Shown: positions 24,019 to 30,239 of the stretch, one piece after another
How the letters are laid out: every line of letters begins with the position of its first letter
How positions within the stretch are numbered: the stretch's first letter is position 1
Assembly (NCBI RefSeq): GCF_000186885.1
Contig: NC_014972.1
Location: 3,060,001-3,092,000, forward strand
DNA length: 32,000 nucleotides
Direction of reading: 5' to 3'
Origin: Desulfobulbus propionicus DSM 2032
GTDB taxonomy: Bacteria > Desulfobacterota > Desulfobulbia > Desulfobulbales > Desulfobulbaceae
The notes under the pieces: model-generated
Databases searched by the model: none
The model's input: only the letters and a program-made list of their open reading frames with translations
What the model was told of the DNA's origin: nothing
Translations under genes and position numbers: made by a program

Positions 24019-25707
24019 TCAGAGAGCCAAACGGCGCGAGTAGAACGCGGAGCCGTTGGCGGTATGGGAAATCGCAATCAGGGTGACACCGGGAAGCTGG
24101 TCGCAGATCAGGCGCAGCATGCGTTCCTCGTCCTCGGGTTCCAGGGAATCGAAGGCCTCCTGAAGAAAGATCCACTGGGGCCGATTGAGCAGCAGGCGGA
24201 CCATGCCCAAGCGCTGCTGCTCGGCCGGGGCCAGGGTGTGGAGCCAGTTTTCTTCCCGGTCGAGCTGACCGATCAGATGCTCAAGCCCCACCAGCCGCAA
24301 CGCTTGCTCGATCTGTTCCTGGGTGAACACCCGCCGGGAGGAAGGGTAGCAGATGGCGTTGCGCAAGGTGCCGGTGGGCAGATGCGGCCGGGGCGGCATG
24401 AAAAAGAGGCGTCCCTGGCTGGGCAGTTCGATCATCCCCCCGCCCCAGGGCCGTATTCCGGCGATGGCCCGAAACAGTTTGGCCCCGGTGAAGGCGTTGC
24501 CGGTGAGCAGGACGTGTTCGCCCTGGTTGATCTCCATGGTGATCCCCTCGGCCTGGACCGATCCGTCGTATTTGACAATACTCAGATCGTGGAAGGCCAG
24601 CACCTGCCGGTCGGAGTTCTTTACCTGGATCAGATGCTCCGCTTTGGCCAGCTCCTCGTCGACGTTTTCCAGTGCCGTCAGCAGGCCCAGGATGCGTTCC
24701 ACCGAGGCACGCCACTCGGCGATGCCGCCGGCATTGTTGACCGGCCAGGAAAGGGCTGAGGTCATGTGCTGAAAGGCCTGGGCCGATTGCATCAGCGCGC
24801 CCAGGGAAATTTTCCCCAGGATGTAGCGGGGGGCGGAAATGAGGATTGGGAAGGCCATGGACAGCACCGAATAACCGGAACCGAACATGAGGATGTTGCG
24901 CCATGCGGTGGTTTGCGCGTCCCAGATCACCCGTATCCGGCGGAACAGCTCACGGAACTGGTGCCGCTCGCAGCTCTCGGCATGAATCAGGGCAATGGCC
25001 TGGCTGTTATCCTGAGCTTCCAGCAAACTGGCGCGGAAGTCCGCCTCGGCCGACTGCCGGGCATTGGTGGCGCCGGTCAGCGGCCGGCTCACCAGCCAGC
25101 CCAGCCAGGAGGCCACGGCCGAGTAGAGAATGGCGATCCACACCAGATGCCCGTGGATTGGAATCGCGGCGAACCCCAGATCGAGCGTCACCACTCCGGA
25201 GCGCGACCAGAGCACTTCGGTGAAGCCGATCAGCAGCAGGATGGAGTAGAGCAACGAATGGGCCAGGACCACCGCCGACTCGGTGGCCACCCGGCAATCC
25301 TCGGCGATGCGGCCGTCGGGGTTGTCGTGTTCGCCCGGCAGATGGGTGATCAGGTAGTGGCGGCCGGCCTGCATCCAGCGGGAGTAGACGTGTTCGGTCA
25401 TCCAGTCGCGCCAATATATCTGCAGGTTGCGTTTGACGACCAGATGCCAGCCAGTGAGCACCATGTCGCCGAGGAAAAGGAGCGCCAGCAGACCGGTCTG
25501 GGTCATGAGGCCGCTCATGGAATGCTGCTCCAGGGCGTTGAACAAGCCCGCACTCCACTGGGTGAGCAGCACCGCCATGACCATCTGCACCATGGTCAGC
25601 ACGGCCAGGAGGACGGCGGCTTTCCGGATCATCCGTTTTCGGTTCGAGAACCAGAACAGCTTGCTCAGCCGAAGAAATTCAACAAAAAAATGGCGGGATG
25701 GAGGCAT
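24019..25707 (-). CDS. ABC half-transporter of the YddA/BacA(ABCD-like) type with degenerate nucleotide-binding motifs
   Basis: 562 aa with an N-terminal 6-TM domain and a C-terminal NBD. The Walker A region reads GNAFTGAKL (expected GxSGSGKST). The Q-loop reads FMPPRPHLP (expected LPQRPYLP). The signature reads LAPAEQQR (expected LSxGEQQR). Walker B reads IFLQEA (expected FLDEA). The H-loop His is retained (ISHT). Confidence 0.8.
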   Translation of the reverse strand: MPPSRHFFVEFLRLSKLFWFSNRKRMIRKAAVLLAVLTMVQMVMAVLLTQWSAGLFNALEQHSMSGLMTQTGLLALLFLGDMVLTGWHLVVKRNLQIYWRDWMTEHVYSRWMQAGRHYLITHLPGEHDNPDGRIAEDCRVATESAVVLAHSLLYSILLLIGFTEVLWSRSGVVTLDLGFAAIPIHGHLVWIAILYSAVASWLGWLVSRPLTGATNARQSAEADFRASLLEAQDNSQAIALIHAESCERHQFRELFRRIRVIWDAQTTAWRNILMFGSGYSVLSMAFPILISAPRYILGKISLGALMQSAQAFQHMTSALSWPVNNAGGIAEWRASVERILGLLTALENVDEELAKAEHLIQVKNSDRQVLAFHDLSIVKYDGSVQAEGITMEINQGEHVLLTGNAFTGAKLFRAIAGIRPWGGGMIELPSQGRLFFMPPRPHLPTGTLRNAICYPSSRRVFTQEQIEQALRLVGLEHLIGQLDREENWLHTLAPAEQQRLGMVRLLLNRPQWIFLQEAFDSLEPEDEERMLRLICDQLPGVTLIAISHTANGSAFYSRRLAL

Positions 25708-25835
25708 CTTGAATCAGGGGGGTTAGGAATACAGGGCGCCAGCCGACGACGGGGTCGCTGGCCGGCGCGCCGGAGTTGACCGCAGGGGCGGCGTGGGCCG
25801 GGCAAGGCAGCGGCGGGACAGGAAGCATGACCCGG

Positions 25836-27149
25836 TCATCGTCCGTGGCGCTCCAGAGTGGGCAGCGCATCGAGAAAAGCCCGGATCGTCTCGCCGTCAA
25901 AGCCGTTGTCCCGGATCACCTGCCGATAGAACAGGGCGCTGGGTTTTGGAGTGCGCTCGAAGGTCTGGAAATCCACCGCCACCAAGCCAAAACGGGGGAC
26001 AAAGGAGGTCCATTCGTAATTATCCATCAGCGACCAGTAAAAATAACCGCGCGCGTCCACCCCGCGCTCCATCGCCTCGTGGAGCGCGGAAAGGTGCAAC
26101 GCCAGGTAGACGATGCGGAAGCGGTCATCGTCACACGCGCAGCCGTTTTCGGTGATGTAGACCGGATAGTCGCGCAACCGCTCCAGGTTGGCGATCAACC
26201 CCTCGGGATACATCTCCTCCAGATAAAACCGCATGGGGATCATCTTCAGTTCCTTGTGACGGAACCGGCGGCCATCCAAACCGGCTTGGCGGGCGTCGAC
26301 CATGTGGCGGGTGTAATAGTTGACGCACCAGCAATCGAGCGCGCCCTTGACCTCGGGGGCATACTCGGCATCCACGCCCGGATGGACCAGTTCCCCGGTA
26401 CGCAGGGCATGGAAGAAGAACTCGTTGGTGACGAAGTCGGCAAGCCCGGTCATCCGCCGGTCCAAATCGTCATGAAAACGGCGCGGAAACCAGTGAATAA
26501 AGGCGTGGGCGCTGCTCACCGGGGCGGTGGAGTGGGTCTTGATCAACCGGTAGCCCAGGGCATGGACCCGCAGCATGTTGAACTTCAGCGCCGCCACCTC
26601 CGGTCCGGCGGTGAGCCCGCCCCATTGGTTGAACTCGTTGATCACGTTCCAGCCGCTGACATAAGCGCTGATGCGCGGCAGGAGAAAGGCGAGATAGCGC
26701 TCGAAGAAGCGGCGGTTGTCGGCTTTGGCAAAGCCCCCCAGCCGGTCGAACCACAGCGGATGGGTGAAATGGTGCAGGGTGACGAACACCTGGATGTCCC
26801 GGTCGACCAGGCGCTCCAGCAGATCGCGGTAATGAGCCAGGGCCTCATGGTCCCATCGTCCTTCCTCGGGCTCGATCCGGCTCCACTCGATGGACATGCG
26901 GTAGGCCCGGTGACCCAGGGCAGCGATCAATTCCACATCCTGGCGGTAGAGCCGGTAGTGGTCGCAGGCCTTGCCCGACGGGGCGCGGACCGCGCGGTTC
27001 GGGTCTTCCTGATAGAATTCCGGCAGCTGCTCCTTGTACCACGCCTGGGAATGGATGTTGTCGCCCTCGATCTGATGCCCAGCGGTGGCGCTGCCCCACA
27101 CAAAGTGGTCAGGGAAGTGGATGGGCGGCAGGCTGAAGACGTCGTACAT
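25836..27149 (-). CDS. Glycoside hydrolase family 1 beta-glucosidase
   Basis: 437 aa. It has FVWGSATAGHQIEG, VINEFN (acid/base Glu) and YITENGCA (nucleophile Glu). No signal peptide. Confidence 0.9.
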   Translation of the reverse strand: MYDVFSLPPIHFPDHFVWGSATAGHQIEGDNIHSQAWYKEQLPEFYQEDPNRAVRAPSGKACDHYRLYRQDVELIAALGHRAYRMSIEWSRIEPEEGRWDHEALAHYRDLLERLVDRDIQVFVTLHHFTHPLWFDRLGGFAKADNRRFFERYLAFLLPRISAYVSGWNVINEFNQWGGLTAGPEVAALKFNMLRVHALGYRLIKTHSTAPVSSAHAFIHWFPRRFHDDLDRRMTGLADFVTNEFFFHALRTGELVHPGVDAEYAPEVKGALDCWCVNYYTRHMVDARQAGLDGRRFRHKELKMIPMRFYLEEMYPEGLIANLERLRDYPVYITENGCACDDDRFRIVYLALHLSALHEAMERGVDARGYFYWSLMDNYEWTSFVPRFGLVAVDFQTFERTPKPSALFYRQVIRDNGFDGETIRAFLDALPTLERHGR

Positions 27150-27504
27150 GACAAATACCCCTGGAGCATCTCGACACGCCGCAGCCGCTGGCGGCTATGC
27201 GGCGGAAAGAAATCGCTTTTCCGGCGGGCCGGCGGCCCCGGTCAACCTCACAGGGTCAGTTCCTATAAGAAACCAGGAGCACAGTCAACACCTTCTTGTG
27301 CTGGCCGGGAAAAAGGGAGCCGGCCCGCCCTTCTTCCATGCCGCCTCAGCCAGCGTGTGCCTTGGATGCTGCTGGTCCGCGCCAGCAAAGCCACCAGTTC
27401 GAGGAGGACCGCAGCGATGGGCAGAAACCTCATTTTCCTATTATCCCGATGTTTCTACGGATTCCAATAGACCAAAACTGCTTACATAGTGCGTACACGA
27501 ACCC

Positions 27505-27543
27505 ACAAAACAAAAAACCCTGCTTTCTTTCGAAAGCAGGGTT
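27505..27543 (-). terminator. Strong hairpin terminator, best on the minus strand
   Basis: A perfect 12-bp stem, AACCCTGCTTTC (27516-27527) with GAAAGCAGGGTT (27532-27543), and loop TTTC. On the minus strand it is followed by TTTTTTGTTTTG. On the plus strand only TTTCT follows. Confidence 0.6.
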
Positions 27544-27578
27544 TCTATATATTGCCTGTAATGTACAGGACTTAGAAA

Positions 27579-27597
27579 TGGTGGCGATGCAGGGAGT
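27579..27597 (-). other. Possible remnant of a tRNA 3' end (candidate attachment-site scar)
   Basis: The plus strand reads TGG-T-GGCGATG-CAGGG-AGT. This is the reverse complement of a partial T-loop, T-stem 3' half, 7-nt acceptor 3' strand, discriminator A and CCA. The hairpin terminator lies 35 nt downstream on the same strand. No complementary 5' acceptor or cloverleaf is present, so it is not an intact tRNA. Confidence 0.25.
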
Positions 27598-27665
27598 GGA
27601 GCTTTTCGACCCCTAAAAAGCCTATATTGCTGGAATCATTCCATTAAACAAAAGGGTTCAATTTC

Positions 27666-27701
27666 CCGTGTACCAATTTTGTGTACCTGAACCGTGTACC
27701 A
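27666..27701 (+). repeat. Three direct GTGTACC repeats with an exact 13-bp period
   Basis: GTGTACC occurs at 27668-27674, 27681-27687 and 27694-27700. The outer copies share the 10-mer CCGTGTACCA. Confidence 0.7.
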
Positions 27702-27725
27702 GACCGAAAAAACAATGAATTATCA

Positions 27726-27800
27726 GTTAATTAACTTATTAACCGATTAAAAGCAAGGAAAATATCAATCAATCAACCTGTTGATTAACTACTTGATTTA
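27726..27800 (+). promoter_or_regulatory. AT-rich block of palindromes and short repeats upstream of the island promoter (candidate operator, ori or att architecture)
   Basis: There is a perfect palindrome GTTAATTAAC (27726-27735) and the ATCA unit in tandem three times (27764-27775). An inverted repeat is AATCAA (27771-27776) / TTGATT (27781-27786), with a further TTGATT at 27793-27798. AATCAACCTGTTG (27771-27783) matches the IHF consensus WATCAANNNNTTR. CTTGATT (27792-27798) is one mismatch from the CTTGATA nick core of pC194/phiX174-type origins. Confidence 0.4.
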
Positions 27801-27813
27801 CCGTTATTATCTC

Positions 27814-27842
27814 TTGACAGTGACCATGGGTGCCGGTAGGAT
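27814..27842 (+). promoter_or_regulatory. Sigma70-type promoter (TTGACA-17 nt-TAGGAT)
   Basis: A perfect -35 TTGACA (27814-27819), an exactly 17-nt spacer, and -10 TAGGAT (27837-27842). It lies about 37 nt upstream of the 50-aa ORF start. Confidence 0.55.
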
Positions 27843-27878
27843 GCTGGGAAATTTCAACCCCTACAAGGAGCGCACCAA

Positions 27879-28031
27879 ATGATCGAGATCAAGACCGCCG
27901 CAGTTGACGATTACGCCAACCAGCCCAGCACAGAAGAGCTTGTCCCAGGTGTCTACCGGGACCGTCAGACCGGTGCCGTCTATGTCAGCGATGGAAAGCA
28001 AACAATCCGCCTGGAGGTCACCGCTGAGTAA
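27879..28031 (+). CDS. Small hypothetical protein (50 aa, acidic)
   Basis: Below the ORF-track size cut-off. My translation is MIEIKTAAVDDYANQPSTEELVPGVYRDRQTGAVYVSDGKQTIRLEVTAE. AAGGAG lies 8 nt upstream. Third codon positions are G/C-rich. It is bracketed by a consensus promoter and a strong terminator. Confidence 0.5.
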   Translation: MIEIKTAAVDDYANQPSTEELVPGVYRDRQTGAVYVSDGKQTIRLEVTAE

Positions 28032-28060
28032 ACCCGCCCCACCTTCCAGCCCCCAGGACC

Positions 28061-28098
28061 AAGGCCACCAGCAAAGGTGGCCTTTTTCATTTTTTTTT
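28061..28098 (+). terminator. Rho-independent terminator
   Basis: A 9-bp stem, AAGGCCACC (28061-28069) with GGTGGCCTT (28076-28084), followed by TTTCATTTTTTTTT. Confidence 0.8.
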
Positions 28099-28172
28099 GG
28101 GCCAAATGGCACGGTTTTCCTATAGGTGAAGACTTTTTTTATTTTATCGAACAAAACAGAGGAAAATCGAAC

Positions 28173-29027
28173 ATGCTTACACTTCAGGGCCTTTCAATTC
28201 GCGAACGTCTTGTCAATTTGACAATGGAGTTTGAACTCCCATTGTCTACAATCACTCAAGAGCTTGAATGGCTTGACAAAGAAGAGACCGCACTTATCCA
28301 GCTTTCAGCGAAGTGCAAGGCGATTAACAGCGATGAAGACAAGAGCTTTACCGGTCGCAAAAAAGCCGTTGATGCAGCGATCCAGGAACAAATCAAACGC
28401 CTTGCCGGTCACGAAAGCAAGATTGCCGCTTTCGACAGATTTATCAAAGACGTTGACGCCGAAATCGTAAACATTTTGAGCCGTGCCAAAGGAAGGACCA
28501 TCGTTCGTGATTTGACAGAAACGATGCTTTACGAGCTGAGACTACAGGAAATCCGCCGTTTGCTGATCGAAAAACAAAAAGATGCCCGCGAAGAGCTTGA
28601 TGCCCGTATCGCCAGGGCAAAGAAATTTGAACTACCGCTTTCTGATGAAGAGCGCACCTTACAGAATGTAGCGCTCAGTCACGCCCTTGCAGCAGCGCAG
28701 AGCTACAATGCAGACACCGACCGGGCAAAGCTGATGCTCGTTGCAGTCGAGGACAGCCCCGTTGCAATGATCACCGCCGACGAACAGGCCCAGGTCGATC
28801 AAACCCTTGCCGGGCAGGTAGCCCAGCCCCGGCTTGAGGCCCAGAAAGCCGCCAGACTGAGAAAGGCAGCAACCGAGCTGATTTTGAGCCAGCTGGAGAA
28901 ACTGAGCCGCCAACCTGAGCTTGTTGTTGAGGCCCGCCAGCAGGATCAGCCGCCTCTGTCCGATCAGCAGCGCGCTTTACTGGCAGCAGGTGTTCCCTTG
29001 GAACCCGTCAAGCCGCTTGAGGTCTGA
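28173..29027 (+). CDS. Hypothetical coiled-coil-rich protein (284 aa), no recognisable family
   Basis: I prefer ATG 28173 (GAGGA about 9 nt upstream), because the track start at 28077 lies inside the terminator. The sequence is rich in E/K/R/Q/A/L heptad-like stretches. It has an internal repeat (E/K)FELPLS at aa 19-25 and about aa 151-157, which is also visible at DNA level. Confidence 0.7.
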   Translation: MLTLQGLSIRERLVNLTMEFELPLSTITQELEWLDKEETALIQLSAKCKAINSDEDKSFTGRKKAVDAAIQEQIKRLAGHESKIAAFDRFIKDVDAEIVNILSRAKGRTIVRDLTETMLYELRLQEIRRLLIEKQKDAREELDARIARAKKFELPLSDEERTLQNVALSHALAAAQSYNADTDRAKLMLVAVEDSPVAMITADEQAQVDQTLAGQVAQPRLEAQKAARLRKAATELILSQLEKLSRQPELVVEARQQDQPPLSDQQRALLAAGVPLEPVKPLEV

Positions 29028-29029
29028 CC

Positions 29030-29233
29030 ATGCAACCCGGCAAACGTGGGCGACAACTCAAGACGCCCAATGACGTAGGCAGAGCGACACGGGAGATTAT
29101 AAACAAACTTGATACGGGTGTTATGTCACCTGACAAAGCCCAGGCCATTCTTGCAGGTTTGGCGCTGGCCTTCAGTGTAATGCAACGCGATTCCGGAGCC
29201 ACTCCCGCAGGTAATCGGCAGCAAACAGCCTGA
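29030..29233 (+). CDS. Small hypothetical protein (67 aa), translationally coupled
   Basis: The ATG is 2 nt after the upstream TGA (TGAccATG). It has a basic N-terminus (PGKRGRQLKTP) followed by an amphipathic helix-like segment. Confidence 0.5.
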   Translation: MQPGKRGRQLKTPNDVGRATREIINKLDTGVMSPDKAQAILAGLALAFSVMQRDSGATPAGNRQQTA

Positions 29234-29249
29234 GTAATCGCTTTCGAGT

Positions 29250-29286
29250 GCTGGGGTGGTAGCCGATCCCTCCCAGCCTTTTTTTA
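29250..29286 (+). terminator. Probable rho-independent terminator
   Basis: GCTGGG (29250-29255) pairs with CCCAGC (29272-29277), with partial extension, followed by CTTTTTTT. Confidence 0.45.
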
Positions 29287-29299
29287 GGAGAACCAAAAA

Positions 29300-29827
29300 A
29301 TGGAAAAGAGAAAAGGCCGTACCAGCCGCCTTACCCGTGAGCTAATCAACGAGCTTGCCCACAACGTGGCACAAGGCTTTTCGTATAAGGTATCTGCTGC
29401 CCTGGCAGGGGTTGCCGAGAGCACTTTTTATTACTGGCTGGCCAAAGGGAAGGAATCGAAAAGCGGTATCTTCCTGGATTTTTTAGAGGAAATTAAGGTA
29501 GCGGAGCAAAAGGCCAAAGTGACCACCTTGGAGGCAATCAAAGAAATTGCCTATGGTGGCCGGATCATCAAGAAAATTCAGGAGCGCAGGGACGAAGAAG
29601 GACGGCTTATCGGAACTATTGAAACCACAGAGCAGCTTGCCCCCAGCCTGGCCGCCTGTTGCTGGATGCTTGAGCGAAGATGGCCCGAAGAGTTCGCCCC
29701 ACGGTCAGCTCTGGAAATCTCCAACGGCAAGAATCCTTTTCAGTTTGCCGGAACCCTGTTCCAGCAGGCTGTTTTACCCGGATCAGCCGACCATGGCCCG
29801 GTAGACACCGACGACAGCGACGAATAG
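29300..29827 (+). CDS. Phage terminase small subunit-like HTH protein (stand-alone)
   Basis: 175 aa with an AGGAG RBS. The N-terminus is KGRTSRLTRELINELAHNVAQGFSYKVSAALAGVAESTFYYWLAKG (HTH). Later comes ...AACCWMLERRWPEEF. Together these match the pattern I associate with small terminase / HTH_Tnp_1_2-type proteins. The C-terminal tail is acidic. Confidence 0.5.
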   Translation: MEKRKGRTSRLTRELINELAHNVAQGFSYKVSAALAGVAESTFYYWLAKGKESKSGIFLDFLEEIKVAEQKAKVTTLEAIKEIAYGGRIIKKIQERRDEEGRLIGTIETTEQLAPSLAACCWMLERRWPEEFAPRSALEISNGKNPFQFAGTLFQQAVLPGSADHGPVDTDDSDE

Positions 29828-30044
29828 GCATAGCCCCGGCAGTGCATATAGCCATTGCATACAACCGCGAAGTCAACCCCTTCCCAGGACAGCGGAGCAT
29901 TGCCGAGGGGGTAGGGTCAGAGGGGGTGCCCTGCCAATACCTTCAAGAAGGCCCACAGCAGGCCCTACAATCGACTTTTGGAGCTTGGCCTATAGGATGC
30001 CTTGCGTAGAAGGTAAAAAGGCCCTATATTGAGCCCTGGACCCA

Positions 30045-30107
30045 TAAAACAAAAAAGCCCCATGCTCGATGATTGGCGTCGGAGAGCACAGGGCAAAAAT
30101 GGAAGAC
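30045..30107 (-). ncRNA. Predicted ~60-nt small RNA (countertranscript-like) upstream of rep
   Basis: On the minus strand there is a promoter TTGACA-17 nt-TATTGT (30142-30114). It is followed by an 11-bp stem, GCCCUGUGCUC/GAGCAUGGGGC (30094-30057), with a 16-nt loop and UUUUUUGUUUU. Two positions in the stem are G-U pairs on the minus-strand RNA but C-A mismatches on the plus-strand RNA, so the structure is strand-specific. Confidence 0.4.
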
Positions 30108-30113
30108 ACATGA

Positions 30114-30142
30114 ACAATACTGCCTGCTTCAAAGATTGTCAA
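30114..30142 (-). promoter_or_regulatory. Sigma70-type promoter for the predicted small RNA
   Basis: On the minus strand: perfect -35 TTGACA (30142-30137), a 17-nt spacer, and -10 TATTGT (30119-30114). Confidence 0.45.
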
Positions 30143-30180
30143 GCCCGCCTTAACTTTCCCACCCACCTGCCCACAGTTCC

Positions 30181-30211
30181 TTGTCTGTTGTACTCTATGA
30201 CAATAGAGTAC
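30181..30211 (+). promoter_or_regulatory. Candidate rep promoter overlapped by a perfect 9-bp inverted repeat (operator- or ori-like)
   Basis: TTGTCT (30181-30186), 17 nt, TAGAGT (30204-30209). The inverted repeat is GTACTCTAT (30190-30198), loop GACA, ATAGAGTAC (30203-30211). It lies 29 nt upstream of the rep ATG. An alternative upstream promoter is TTGCGT-17 nt-TATATT at 30002-30030. Confidence 0.35.
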
Positions 30212-30239
30212 CCTATAGCTAAATAATTCAATCGTCACG

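Noticed and set aside
27263-27433. A 56-aa minus-strand ORF (MRFLPIAAVLLELVALLARTSS...) between the island edge and the GH1 gene.
   Set aside because: The hydrophobic N-terminus and G/C-rich third positions in the first ~30 codons are suggestive. It could be a leader peptide or gene remnant. However, the second half is R/G-rich junk, the Shine-Dalgarno spacing is very short, and there is no family signal. The support is too weak to call.
27579-27660. A possible intact tRNA gene on the minus strand ending at the CCA-like TGG (27579-27581).
   Set aside because: There is no complementary 5' acceptor strand (GGCGATG) about 70 nt upstream, no T-arm pairing and no cloverleaf. Only the terminal ~19 nt look tRNA-like, so I kept it only as a low-confidence scar.
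28107-28126. A sigma54-like element: perfect -24 box TGGCAC (28107-28112) upstream of the coiled-coil gene.
   Set aside because: The -12 region reads TCCT at the correct spacing and TTCC one nt too close, so there is no GC dinucleotide at -12. No enhancer-binding protein is evident either.
27861-28154. A 97-aa minus-strand ORF antisense to the 50-aa gene and its terminator.
   Set aside because: It has no RBS and a W/G/L-rich odd composition. It spans a terminator hairpin, and the plus-strand ORF has far better signals.
28077-28172. Track start (28077) of the coiled-coil ORF.
   Set aside because: It would begin inside the stem and U-tract of the 28061-28098 terminator. The ATG at 28173 has a GAGGA RBS.
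29900-29925. G-tracts (GGGGG, GGG, GGGGG) considered as a possible G-quadruplex in the TerS-rep intergenic region.
   Set aside because: There are only three clear tracts with irregular loops. This is not enough for a confident G4 call without computation.
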